Origin: Verrucomicrobiota bacterium
GTDB taxonomy: Bacteria > Verrucomicrobiota > Verrucomicrobiia > Verrucomicrobiales > V1-33
DNA: 64,000 nt
NCBI GenBank assembly: GCA_039795165.1
Contig: JBDKER010000008.1
Span: 64,053 to 128,052 of the forward strand
Direction: 5' to 3'
Numbering within the stretch: position 1 is the stretch's first letter; every line of letters starts with the position of its first letter. Under the pieces are notes generated by a model that searched no databases, was not told the origin of the DNA, and saw nothing but the letters and a program-made list of their open reading frames with translations. Positions 10,133 to 19,610 of the stretch are shown in pieces. The position numbers and the translations under genes are program-made.

Positions 10133-11191
10133 TCAGCTCACGCCGCGGAGTGCACGGTTGAATTCAAAGGCATTGCCGGAATACGAAAGCGCCGTTTCGT
10201 AGTCGACGAGGCCGGCTTCGCAGGCGGCCACGAGGGCACTGAGGAACGAACGGTTGGCGGGTTCGTCGCTGCGTTTCAGATGATCCGAAATGGCAGGCAG
10301 ATCCATGGCACGGATCCAGTCGCGCACGGCTCCATTCACTTCGAGATGTTCGCAGATGAGAGCGACGCCCGTGCCATCGGCGCGGGGCAGCAGCCGCTGG
10401 CTGAGGACACCGATCATCTGGTGCGAAAGCAGGGAAAGCATCACCTGGCGGTCGGCCGGGGGCACGAGATTGGCGAGTCGGTCCAGTGATTCCGTGACGT
10501 TGGGGCTGTGCAGAGTGGAAATGACAAGGTGCCCGGTTTCGGCGGCCTGCAGGCAGGTCACGGCGGAATCGCCGTCGCGGATTTCGCCGAGGAAAATGAC
10601 ATCGGGGGCCTGGCGCAGAGCTTTCTGCAGGCCCGTAGCGTAGTTGGGCGTGTCGAGTCCGACTTCGCGCTGGGTGAAGAAGGCGAGGCGGTCCGCAAAG
10701 AGGTATTCGATGGGGTCTTCGATGGTGACGATGTGGCCCTGGCGGCTGGAGGCGAGCAAGTCGAGGCAGCTGGCGACGGTCGTGCTTTTGCCGCAGCCGG
10801 TCGGCCCGGTCACGAGAACGAGTCCGGAGCGGTGGTTGAGCCAGCCGGCGATCAATTCGAGAGGCAGGCCAAGGGAATCGAGGGTGGTGACCTTGGTGCG
10901 GATCTGGCGGAGGACAGCTCCGAGTTTTCCCATGCGGCGGTGGAGATTGACCCGGAAGCGGGTGCCATCGGAGGCGTACCATGCGGCGTCGCGGTCGAGC
11001 AACTGGGATGGATCTGCCTTGCAGGCGTGGCAGAGGGATTCCATGTCTATAGTCGTCAGGGCGGGTTCCTCGGGTTCGTGGAAGGCTCCATTGACCTTGA
11101 GGCGGGCGCGGTGGCCTTCCGCGAGATAGAGGTCGGAGGCTCCCCAGTGACGGGCGAGGGCGGCGAGGGATTCCAGAAGGGGAGTGACCAT
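10133..11191 (-). CDS. PilT/PilU-family ATPase (second paralogue)
   Basis: ATG at 11191 (MVTPLLESLAALARHWGASDLYL). Walker A GPTGCGKSTT, DVIFLGEIRD, TGHLVISTLHS. Lies 31 nt upstream of pilT. Confidence 0.8.
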   Translation of the reverse strand: MVTPLLESLAALARHWGASDLYLAEGHRARLKVNGAFHEPEEPALTTIDMESLCHACKADPSQLLDRDAAWYASDGTRFRVNLHRRMGKLGAVLRQIRTKVTTLDSLGLPLELIAGWLNHRSGLVLVTGPTGCGKSTTVASCLDLLASSRQGHIVTIEDPIEYLFADRLAFFTQREVGLDTPNYATGLQKALRQAPDVIFLGEIRDGDSAVTCLQAAETGHLVISTLHSPNVTESLDRLANLVPPADRQVMLSLLSHQMIGVLSQRLLPRADGTGVALICEHLEVNGAVRDWIRAMDLPAISDHLKRSDEPANRSFLSALVAACEAGLVDYETALSYSGNAFEFNRALRGVS

Positions 11192-11250
11192 GTGACCTTG
11201 GGGAGGGAAGCGGGTTTCCGCGGTCGAGGCAAACTGAAAAAGGATGGCTC

Positions 11251-13650
11251 TCAGGGAACGGAAAGAATATTCCGGAGAGTCTGCGAGACCGGGAGAGGGC
11301 TGGGCGTATGACTTCCGGGCCACGGAGAGGCAGCGATCACTTCGAGCATGCGGACTTCGTGACCGAGAGGGGCGTTTTCATCGATGTTCCAGACGCCTGC
11401 GACGAGGTACCATCCCCGCGGCCATGCGGCGGCCTCTTTGCCGGGAATCTGCAGGGCGAGCAGCTGGGGAATGCCCGGCTGCCCGGCAAGCACCACGGTC
11501 CGCTCGTCAGGTCGCAAGGCAAAGGCGCGGCTCCAGTGGCCGGAAGCCTCGCGAGAGCCCAGCGTCATCCGGTATTCGCCAATCTCCAGCAGGCCGCACC
11601 ATGCCCGGGCCGCATCGGGTGACAGGTGCGCAGTCACCGGCTGCGACTTGAGGGACTTGCCGAGGAAGGCCATGGCTTCACCGTGAGTCGGGACCGGGAA
11701 TTCCTCGGGTCCCCGCAGGGTCCGCCAGCCGGTCAGCAGGCTGGCGTAGAGCGTGAATCCGCAGAGAGCTGCCGCCGTTGGCGACAGGCCGGGAACCCGC
11801 GCATCGACAACGGCTCCGGAATCGCTGTGGGCGGACTGTCGCCCTAGGCCAGCAGCGAGTCGTTGCAGCGCGAGGAAGGCAAGGCAGGCGGCGCACCATT
11901 CGGTCATGGTCCAGAGGCGGCGCCCCAGGGCCCCGCTGGTCAGGCCGTCCATGATGGCGGTCCCAGCGATCAGGCACAGCAGGAGAACGGCCCAGAGCCT
12001 CGTCGCTCGGTTTCCGCTGGCGAGGGATCCGACGGCTGCGGCAGCCAGCCACCATTCGGGAGGAAGATACTGTGCGCACCAGCCAGCCATGGGCAGCAGC
12101 AGCAAGGCGGCCTGTCTGGGCATCAGAAGTTGGTCCCGCAGGCGCAGGGCGAGCCACAGGCCGAGTCCGGTCAGGCCAAGCACGAGAACGGGATCACGGG
12201 GATCGAAGCGGGAGTGGAAGCGGGCGATTCCCGCATTCACGAGACGGAGCCAGCGCAGGGGATCACGGCGGACCTCTGCGCTGAAGCGCTCACCGTAGTA
12301 GATGGCCCGGGCCCTGATGTCGCCGGGGGCCAACCCGGCCGCGAGCGCTTCGGTCTCGAGATCCGGACCGTACCGGCCGGAAGGCGATACGGTCGCGTAA
12401 AGCATCATGGCACTGTTGATGGAAATCGAGCCCACGCCCCACACAGTTTTCTGCCGGACGATCCACGGCAGCAGAATCACACTGGCTCCGGCAGCGACGA
12501 GGGCTCCGCGCTGGAGAAACCCGGTCCACCGTTTATCTCCGCAGGCACAGGCGATTCCCATGAGAGGCACCGCCAGCAGCGTGAACGGGCAGATGAGGCA
12601 GCCGACGCCGTGAAGAACGCCGCCCCAGAAGAGATCGGCCCGCTTTCCGCTGACGCTTCCCCGCCAGAGCAGGCCGGTCCCGGCGATCACTGCCAGCATC
12701 GCCGGAATCTCGCTCATGGGGAGAGGCAGCAGGCCCAACTGCGCCGGGCTGATGGAGAGCATGGCCACGGTGGCCACCGCCGCGGCCCGGCCCGCGATCC
12801 GCAGCATGACCGCTCCCGCGAGGGCCGCCGCGGCCGCGCCGGCGACCACATTGAGCAGGCGGGCCGCCACCATCCAGTCCCAGCCAGGGAGAGCGGTCCC
12901 CGCCAGCAGCACGGCATACAGCGGGCGCTGCCCGGCAAATTCGCCCACTAGCCCCTCGCCCCGCAGCAGAGCCCGGGCCGTTTCCAGCCAGCCGATGCAG
13001 TCGCTGTAAGGCATTCCTTTGACCATCATGAAGGGATCGCTCCAGTCACGCCGCATCCACGCGACCATTCCGCGCAGCACGAGAGACGCCAGCAGCATCG
13101 CCGGAAACCACCAGCGCACGGGAATCCGGGGACGTTCCGGGAGCTGATACCCTCCGGCCCTGGCGAGCAGCAGCAGCGCCGCGAGCGAACCCCAAAGCAG
13201 GACGGGAGAAAGCGGAGCCGCGGTCCGCAGCACGTACCGGCGGCCGTTGCCGCGTGGATCCGAATCATCGCTGGCTGCCAGCGTCAGTGAATTCCCGCTC
13301 GTTCTGAAACGCCCTCCCCCATGTTCCTCCACATCACGGGAACCCGTGCGGCGGTGGAGCGCAACGCCATCCTCGAAGACTTCGGCGTGTTCCGCGGTGA
13401 TGGGACCGCGCCATTCCTTGGGAACGGGCAGCTTCCATGCCTTGCCGGCGGCCGTCACCGATCCTCCCTGCAGATTGAGCACGACCTCGGAGCGTGCCCC
13501 GAATCCCGTGAGGGCGCGCAGGGCCAGCAGCAGCCACGCCGCTGCCAGCACCGGCACGGCAGCACGCACAAGGGCGGGGGGAAGCGGCAGCATCGTTCGG
13601 TTCATCTGGAAGGCGCGGGCATCATGTCTGGAAAGGTCCCGCGGCTTCAA
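11251..13650 (-). CDS. polytopic membrane protein, putative GT-C fold glycosyltransferase (PMT_2/ArnT-like)
   Basis: 799 aa with more than 10 predicted TM helices. Has a first-loop acidic motif region (MPYSDCIGWLETARALLRGEG) and periplasmic N- and C-terminal domains. ATGA overlap with the upstream paralogue. Confidence 0.5.
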   Translation of the reverse strand: MKPRDLSRHDARAFQMNRTMLPLPPALVRAAVPVLAAAWLLLALRALTGFGARSEVVLNLQGGSVTAAGKAWKLPVPKEWRGPITAEHAEVFEDGVALHRRTGSRDVEEHGGGRFRTSGNSLTLAASDDSDPRGNGRRYVLRTAAPLSPVLLWGSLAALLLLARAGGYQLPERPRIPVRWWFPAMLLASLVLRGMVAWMRRDWSDPFMMVKGMPYSDCIGWLETARALLRGEGLVGEFAGQRPLYAVLLAGTALPGWDWMVAARLLNVVAGAAAAALAGAVMLRIAGRAAAVATVAMLSISPAQLGLLPLPMSEIPAMLAVIAGTGLLWRGSVSGKRADLFWGGVLHGVGCLICPFTLLAVPLMGIACACGDKRWTGFLQRGALVAAGASVILLPWIVRQKTVWGVGSISINSAMMLYATVSPSGRYGPDLETEALAAGLAPGDIRARAIYYGERFSAEVRRDPLRWLRLVNAGIARFHSRFDPRDPVLVLGLTGLGLWLALRLRDQLLMPRQAALLLLPMAGWCAQYLPPEWWLAAAAVGSLASGNRATRLWAVLLLCLIAGTAIMDGLTSGALGRRLWTMTEWCAACLAFLALQRLAAGLGRQSAHSDSGAVVDARVPGLSPTAAALCGFTLYASLLTGWRTLRGPEEFPVPTHGEAMAFLGKSLKSQPVTAHLSPDAARAWCGLLEIGEYRMTLGSREASGHWSRAFALRPDERTVVLAGQPGIPQLLALQIPGKEAAAWPRGWYLVAGVWNIDENAPLGHEVRMLEVIAASPWPGSHTPSPLPVSQTLRNILSVP

Positions 13651-15584
13651 TCCTCGCGGTGGATTTCACGGGCGGCTTGGCCTGCCCTATTGCCGAGGTA
13701 GCGGTAAACGCGCCGTTCGTACGGGGCATCGTGACCGGGGTAGATCCGGAGCAGGGAAAAGACGCCAGGGTCTTCAATGATCTCCATGATGCCGGGCTTG
13801 AGTTCGCGAGCCATGTGAGGCGAACCAAGATGAATGAATAGTGGGACACCGGAATCGTCCGCCGTGTCGAGCCACCGCCGCAGCTGGGCCGGATCGTCTT
13901 CCAATTCCCATGCGGCCGGGTCGTAGGCCTGCGTGTTCATGAGCACCGCGAGGGTGATGACTTCATCAATGCCGGGATGCGATGGCTGCGTGATGCTCCG
14001 CGTCAGCTCGGTGCCTTCGCGCATGGCTTCGATGGGGAATTGCCGCAGCCCGGTGCTGGCTGGAGCCATGATGACACCGACGGCCGCGAGCAGCGCAGTG
14101 GCCACGGCTTTGCGTCCGCGGGCCAGCCAGAGAATTCCGCCGCTGCTCAGCAGCATCCATCCAGGAAAGCCGGGCAGGGTGTACCATGAACAGAAGAATC
14201 CACCCGTCACAGCAGCCTGCGCAAGAATGAGGAGCGGAAACAGCAGGAGGGCCGGCAGCAGCGCCCGTCCCATCTTTCCCTCACTCCACCACCAGCAGAC
14301 CCCGGCCACCGGCAGCGAGAACAGCAGGAGCGCAGCCGGCCACCACAGTAGCGGCCTCTCTGCGAGCCGTGTCTCCCATGCAAAGCAGAGCGGGCTGCCT
14401 GCGTCCCACGCATGCCATGGCATTCCCGTGGTGATCCACGAAAGGGCATCGCCATACCACGAAGCAGGCATCGGTCCCTGCATGCGCGCCGACTTCAGAT
14501 AAAGCAGCAACGGTTCCGCACAGGGCAGCAGCAGCAGGGCACAGAGGACGGCTCCAGTGACCGATGCCACCAGCCAGCGTCCGGTCTGCATCCGCCGCCA
14601 CGCTGCCGGACCAGCCGTCCAGATCAGGCCAACAGCAGCAAGATTGAGCGCCGCCAGCAGCAGCACGCTGCCGGGAAACGACCACATGATGACAAACTGT
14701 CCGCCGGAGAAGCTCAACCACCATGGCCATGAGCCACGCAGCGCCGCACGCAGCAGACTCCCAAGCGTCAGCGGAACAAAAAGGAGCAGCAGTCCGTAGC
14801 CCCGCGCTTCGCTGGCATATCTCACGAACCAGGGATGCAGCGACATCAGCAGCACCGCTACCATCCCGAGCTGCGGACGTCCCAGCGCCCTGCAGAGCCA
14901 CGCCAGCGCAGGCAGCGCCAGCAACCCGGCCGCAAACACCGGGAGCCGCAGGGCGCGTTCGTCGAAATAAAAACCGCGGGCCTCGTCAGGAGCCCTCGCC
15001 AAAGCCGCATGACTCGCCTTGGCAAGCAGGCTGTTGAGCGGATGATTGTTGGGATCGCGATAGCGGAAAGCCGCTTCAAACCACGTCACTTCACGGAAGC
15101 GCAGATCGTCGGCCGCATCGCGCACGTACTGCCCGACCACGCTTTTGCGCACGGTGGCATCCTCGTCGCCCCAGAGGCTTAAATCGAGCCGCCGCGCGTT
15201 CATGACCCCGCTATAGAGCACCGCGGCGAACGTCACCTGCCAGAGCAGACGGTTGCTGCCCGCAACGGATTCCACACTCACGGCATCGCCCGGTGGCAGC
15301 GGCCGCCCCAGCCAGCGCGACGCCAGCAGCAGGGTCAACGCCGCGGCCGCCCCCGCCGTGGCTGCCCGTGGAATCCAATACACCACGTAATCCCTCGTGG
15401 AAGCGACCGTGCCTTCTGCCCGGGCAGCCACCACTCGCTTCTCGGCGCTGCCCGATTTCCAGTCGCGTTCCGCCAGCCAGACAAGGACGACGAGCGGAAC
15501 AAGCACGGCCGCCGCAAACCGCCGCGGCGCTCCCTGCGGAAACAGTACCGCAAACATGGAAATCAGTCGTGCGTAGATGCGCAT
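13647..15584 (-). CDS. polytopic membrane protein, putative GT-C fold glycosyltransferase (PMT_2/ArnT-like)
   Basis: 645 aa and multi-TM. Contains the loop motif LWGDEDATV followed by FDERALRLPVFAAGLLALPALAWLCRALG, a layout typical of the GT39/GT83 families. Confidence 0.5.
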   Translation of the reverse strand: MRIYARLISMFAVLFPQGAPRRFAAAVLVPLVVLVWLAERDWKSGSAEKRVVAARAEGTVASTRDYVVYWIPRAATAGAAAALTLLLASRWLGRPLPPGDAVSVESVAGSNRLLWQVTFAAVLYSGVMNARRLDLSLWGDEDATVRKSVVGQYVRDAADDLRFREVTWFEAAFRYRDPNNHPLNSLLAKASHAALARAPDEARGFYFDERALRLPVFAAGLLALPALAWLCRALGRPQLGMVAVLLMSLHPWFVRYASEARGYGLLLLFVPLTLGSLLRAALRGSWPWWLSFSGGQFVIMWSFPGSVLLLAALNLAAVGLIWTAGPAAWRRMQTGRWLVASVTGAVLCALLLLPCAEPLLLYLKSARMQGPMPASWYGDALSWITTGMPWHAWDAGSPLCFAWETRLAERPLLWWPAALLLFSLPVAGVCWWWSEGKMGRALLPALLLFPLLILAQAAVTGGFFCSWYTLPGFPGWMLLSSGGILWLARGRKAVATALLAAVGVIMAPASTGLRQFPIEAMREGTELTRSITQPSHPGIDEVITLAVLMNTQAYDPAAWELEDDPAQLRRWLDTADDSGVPLFIHLGSPHMARELKPGIMEIIEDPGVFSLLRIYPGHDAPYERRVYRYLGNRAGQAAREIHRED

Positions 15585-15626
15585 GTGTGCGTGGCCTCAG
15601 TCTGACCGTTCGGCGACCCGGGTGAA

Positions 15627-16265
15627 TCAGAGGGTTCCGAAGTAGCGGTCGCCGGCATCGCCGAGCCCAGGAGATATGAAGGCGGAGGAAGTCAGGCCGT
15701 CGTCGAGCGAGGCACTGTAGATGGGCACATCGGGATGGTCGGCATGGAGCTGGCGGACGCCTTCCGGAGCAGCAATGATGCAGAGAAAGCGGATTCTTGC
15801 CGCACCGGCCTCGCGGACGCCCCTTACCGCTTCCGATGCGCTGTGACCTGTCGCGAGCATGGGATCGAGCACGAAGACTTCGCTGCCGGCCAAGTCGCTC
15901 GGCAGTCTGGTGTAGTACTGCTCGGGCCGATGCGTATCTTCGTTCCGGGCAAGGCCAATGTGACCCACCAGTGCTTCCGGAAGAACCTCAAGAAATCCCC
16001 GCAGCATGCCCAGCCCGGCCCGCAGCACTGGCACCGCCACCACAGGCCGCGCAATGACCCGGCAGTCTGCCGCCGCAAGGGGAGTCTGCACTTCCTCCTG
16101 CCGGGTCTCCAGTCCACGCAGGGCTTCCATCGCAATCAGCTGGGAGAGCTGATGCACCGCTTCCCGGAAAGCACGAGGCGGAGTCGATCCGCTGCGGAGC
16201 ACCGCGAGACGATCGTGGGCCACAGGGTGGTCAAGCAGCTGAAAACTCATGCGGTCATTCTGCAC
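15627..16265 (-). CDS. upp: uracil phosphoribosyltransferase
   Basis: VLRAGLGM, the PRPP-binding VFVLDPMLATGHS, and C-terminal ISPGLGDAGDRYFGT. Confidence 0.9.
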   Translation of the reverse strand: MQNDRMSFQLLDHPVAHDRLAVLRSGSTPPRAFREAVHQLSQLIAMEALRGLETRQEEVQTPLAAADCRVIARPVVAVPVLRAGLGMLRGFLEVLPEALVGHIGLARNEDTHRPEQYYTRLPSDLAGSEVFVLDPMLATGHSASEAVRGVREAGAARIRFLCIIAAPEGVRQLHADHPDVPIYSASLDDGLTSSAFISPGLGDAGDRYFGTL

Positions 16266-16274
16266 GCAGCCCCC

Positions 16275-17396
16275 TCACGCCGCAACACAAGGCAACCCGT
16301 CCCCGCAGACCCCCGCCATGGCCGGCAGCATCGTGAAGTCGAGTCCCTCCACCGTCAGACCCGGACCGAAGGCGAGCGTGTGTCCCGCCACCGGAGCCTT
16401 TCCGTTCCGCTCCGCGAGCAGCCGCGCCAGCACGAACATCACGGAAGCCGATGACATGTTCCCAAAGTCCCGCAGCACTCCCCGCGAGGCCTCCATCTGA
16501 GTCTCCGTGAGCCCGAACGCTTCCTGAATGGCGTCGAGGATGAGCTTCCCTCCCGGATGCACGGCCCAGACGTCGTCCGGGCCAGCCGCAGCGCAGCCCC
16601 CCGCAAGGTCGGGCTGCCGCCGGATGGCCTGCTTGATCTTCGCCGGAACCCGGGCGTCGAGCGTCATGGCAAATCCCTGATCCTCCACCATCCATGACAT
16701 GCGGTCCGCATCCTCCAGACTCAGGGCCGACCACGCATCATCGAGGCGCATCCCGATTTCCCGGGAGGAAATGAGCGAGGCCGCGGCTCCGTCCGCAAAG
16801 AGACAGTACGAGACGAGACGGTCCACCGCGGTGGTCTGCTGCAGGTGCAGACTGCAGAGTTCCACGTTCACCATGAGAACGCGCGCCTCCGGATCCGCCA
16901 GCACGGTTTCGCGGGCCTGCCGCAGGGCTGTCATGGCAGCATAACACCCCATGAAACCAATCACCGTCCGCTTCACCCGCGGCGACAGCCCGAAGGCCTT
17001 CACCAGATCAATGTCAATGCCCGGCGCATAGAAGCCCGTGCAGCTCGTCACCAGCAGATGCGTCACCTCGCCAAGGCCATCAGCCTGATCCGCCAGTGCC
17101 CGCACGGCGGCTTCCGCCAGTCGCGGTGCCTCCCGACGGTATACATCCATGCGCGCTCCCGTCGACGGGAATCCCCCGTATTCATAGAATGCTCCGGAAC
17201 CCGCAGGGCCCAGCGGTTGCTCCAGCACGGAAAACCGCCGGTCGATGCGCGACTGCAGGGCAATCTGCCGCACCTTCGCCGCCAGTTCTTCGCCGGGAAT
17301 CCAGTGAGGAAGCGAATCAATGAACTCGCGGTGCCTCTCGTGAGGCGGTACCGCGGTGGCGACAGCGTTGAGGTGAGCAGACATCGGAGAGACCAC
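16275..17396 (-). CDS. type III polyketide synthase (chalcone/stilbene synthase family)
   Basis: The Cys-His-Asn triad contexts are all present: LLVTSCTGFYAPG, WAVHPGGKLILD, FGNMSSASVMFVL, and C-terminal GPGLTVEG. Confidence 0.85.
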   Translation of the reverse strand: MVSPMSAHLNAVATAVPPHERHREFIDSLPHWIPGEELAAKVRQIALQSRIDRRFSVLEQPLGPAGSGAFYEYGGFPSTGARMDVYRREAPRLAEAAVRALADQADGLGEVTHLLVTSCTGFYAPGIDIDLVKAFGLSPRVKRTVIGFMGCYAAMTALRQARETVLADPEARVLMVNVELCSLHLQQTTAVDRLVSYCLFADGAAASLISSREIGMRLDDAWSALSLEDADRMSWMVEDQGFAMTLDARVPAKIKQAIRRQPDLAGGCAAAGPDDVWAVHPGGKLILDAIQEAFGLTETQMEASRGVLRDFGNMSSASVMFVLARLLAERNGKAPVAGHTLAFGPGLTVEGLDFTMLPAMAGVCGDGLPCVAA

Positions 17397-17428
17397 GGTG
17401 CAGCCGCGGATAGGATAACATGGAACAG

Positions 17429-17460
17429 CAAAACAAAAAATGCAGCGGCGAACCGCTGCA
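17429..17460 (-). terminator. intrinsic terminator of the pseudopilin gene
   Basis: Perfect 8-bp stem TGCAGCGG/CCGCTGCA (17441-17448 / 17453-17460) with a tetraloop. On the minus strand it is followed by TTTTTTGTTTTG. Confidence 0.75.
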
Positions 17461-17494
17461 TTCTTCGGACGCTCTCAGATGAGCGGCATGGACC

Positions 17495-18103
17495 TCACTC
17501 GGTAGTCCATGAATTCACGTTGTCCTTCCACGTGGACGGGTCGCGGTCCTTGCCAGCCGACCAGATGAGGACACGCTTGCGGAGCTTCGAACGGCCCGGC
17601 CCGCGGTCTTCCGTGTTCGGATTGTCGAGTTCGTTGTCGTAGTTCGCATCGATCCGCATCTGATAAGGATTGCCCCACGGATCCATGATCGCATAATTGT
17701 TCTCCTCATTCACCAGACCATCGACCTGACGGCCGTTCTGGGTCTTGGCCGCCTTCATGTCGCCAATGTAGTCGATGTTGCGGGAATTCTGCGTCGGATC
17801 CTTGCCGAGCAGCACTGTCACCATACCCTCCGCACCCGAAGTGTCAGTGTCGACATCCTGATTGCTGGCCCCGCCCGAAGTCGGCATCGGAAAACGGGTA
17901 AAGTCGCGGTAAAAGCCCTCAATGGCATTCACCAGCGCCATCTGGGTCGCAAGGGTGCCCTTCGTGCGGGCCTTGTCCATGACAAAGCCGTAGGCACTGA
18001 AGGAGCCTGCCACCAGCAGCGCAATGATGGCCACCACAACAAGCAGTTCAATGAGAGTGAATCCCGCGGAAGCGCGGCGGCGGAACAGAGGGGTGCGTTT
18101 CAT
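17495..18103 (-). CDS. prepilin-type N-terminal cleavage/methylation domain protein (GspG-like pseudopilin)
   Basis: ATG at 18103 gives MKRTPLFRRRASAGFTLIELLVVVAIIALL. A C-terminal DPWGNPYQMRI motif is typical of GspG-like pseudopilins. Confidence 0.85.
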   Translation of the reverse strand: MKRTPLFRRRASAGFTLIELLVVVAIIALLVAGSFSAYGFVMDKARTKGTLATQMALVNAIEGFYRDFTRFPMPTSGGASNQDVDTDTSGAEGMVTVLLGKDPTQNSRNIDYIGDMKAAKTQNGRQVDGLVNEENNYAIMDPWGNPYQMRIDANYDNELDNPNTEDRGPGRSKLRKRVLIWSAGKDRDPSTWKDNVNSWTTE

Positions 18104-18242
18104 GATTTCGGAAAAAATGAGGAGACGGATCTGCAGAGATTCCCGCAGATGTGAACGGCAAATATCAGGGAGCGACTGAAAAAACAATGAGTTTGTCACG
18201 CAAAACCTGACACGTCCGCCCGGAAAGCCCGGCCGCCGGAGG

Positions 18243-19610
18243 TCAGCCAAGCATGCGGTCGCGCTCAAGCTTGAGACCCATCTTCCGGTACAGGGTGGCA
18301 ATGGAAACCCCGAGCATGGCCGCGGTTTTCTCGCGCGATCCCTGATTGTAGCGCAGGGTCTCGCGGATGAAGGCGCGTTCCTGCTTCTTGATGAAATCCG
18401 CGAGACGCGTCCCCACCGGCAGCGCGGTCTTGGATTTTGCGCCCTCGTCCTCGGCTGCCTCCACCTTCTGGGAAATCTTCGGGGGCAGATCCGCCGGACG
18501 GATCCTGTCTCCCTCCGCCAGAGTGCACGCCCGTTCGATGGCATTCTCCAGCTCACCAACATTCCCAGGCCATCCATACTCGCTCAGCATCTGCAGGGCA
18601 AAGCGGTCCATCTCCTTGAGCGCACTGCCGGTCGACTGCGCGTAGCGCTTCAGAAAATGACTCACCAGCAGCGGAATGTCCTCGCGGCGGTTCCGCAGCG
18701 GAGGCAGGGTGATCGGAATCACCGAGATCCGGTAGTACAGATCTTCCCGGAAGCGCGCCTCACGGACCAGTTGCTCCAGCGGCACGCTGGAAGTGGCCAC
18801 GAACCGGAATCCGGTCCCCGGAGCCTGGGGCCCCTGCCGCTTCCGCCCGGTGTGTTCCTCCAGCCACGAATCCAGCTGCGACTGCAGCCGGATCGGCAGC
18901 ACATTGATCTCCTCCAGCACCACCGTGCCGCCCTCCGCACGGCTGAAAATGCTCCGCCCGCCTCCGGTACCGAAGAGTTCCTGCTCAATCAGTTCACCGG
19001 GCAGCCCCGCACAGTGCAGCACCTTGAACGGAGCCGCTCGCCGCTTGCTCATGTTGTGCAGAGCCCGCGCCACCATCTGCTTGCCGCTCCCGAACTCCCC
19101 CTCCAGCAGCACCGGACTATCCTTGTCCGCCACCCGCGCCGCCAAGTCCAGCATCCCACGGATCTGCGGACTCTCCCCGATGAACTCGAGCCCCGGCCCA
19201 GCCGCTTCCCGGTCGTCTTCCAGCATCGGCCCAGCCCCACTAATGCCGCGCTCCCGCTCCAGCGCCTTCGCAATGATCCGCTGCAGGTCCTCAGGGTCAA
19301 AGGGCTTCGTCAGATAGTCAAAAGCCCCCAGCTTCATCGCCTCCACGGCCGTCTCCACACTGCCGTACCCCGTCACCATCACCACCGCCATCTCAGGATG
19401 CCGCTTCCGGCACTCCTCAATGATCCGCAGCCCATTCCAATCCGGAATCTTCAGATCCACCAGCAGCAGATCCGGCTTCTCCGCCTCCACCGCCGCCAAT
19501 CCCTGCCGCCCAGTCGCATGCGCACTCGCCACATGCCCCAGCCTCCGGCTTACCTGCAACATCAGTTCAAGAATCGCCGGGTCGTCATCAATAATCACTA
19601 TGCGGGCCAT
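18243..19610 (-). CDS. sigma-54-dependent response regulator (NtrC/PilR family)
   Basis: REC domain (IVIIDDD...LLLVDLKIPDWNG). AAA+ sigma-54 interaction domain (LLEGEFGSGKQMVARALH, ELFG). C-terminal Fis-type HTH (AAMLGVSIATLYRKM). Confidence 0.9.
   Translation of the reverse strand: MARIVIIDDDPAILELMLQVSRRLGHVASAHATGRQGLAAVEAEKPDLLLVDLKIPDWNGLRIIEECRKRHPEMAVVMVTGYGSVETAVEAMKLGAFDYLTKPFDPEDLQRIIAKALERERGISGAGPMLEDDREAAGPGLEFIGESPQIRGMLDLAARVADKDSPVLLEGEFGSGKQMVARALHNMSKRRAAPFKVLHCAGLPGELIEQELFGTGGGRSIFSRAEGGTVVLEEINVLPIRLQSQLDSWLEEHTGRKRQGPQAPGTGFRFVATSSVPLEQLVREARFREDLYYRISVIPITLPPLRNRREDIPLLVSHFLKRYAQSTGSALKEMDRFALQMLSEYGWPGNVGELENAIERACTLAEGDRIRPADLPPKISQKVEAAEDEGAKSKTALPVGTRLADFIKKQERAFIRETLRYNQGSREKTAAMLGVSIATLYRKMGLKLERDRMLG

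Noticed and set aside
18104-18242. Search for a sigma-54 (-24 GG / -12 GC) promoter upstream of the pseudopilin gene.
   Set aside because: There is no TGGCAC-N5-TTGC-like element. The best GG..GC pair (in CTGCGGGAATCTCTGCAG) is spaced 8 nt instead of 10, so I did not annotate a promoter.
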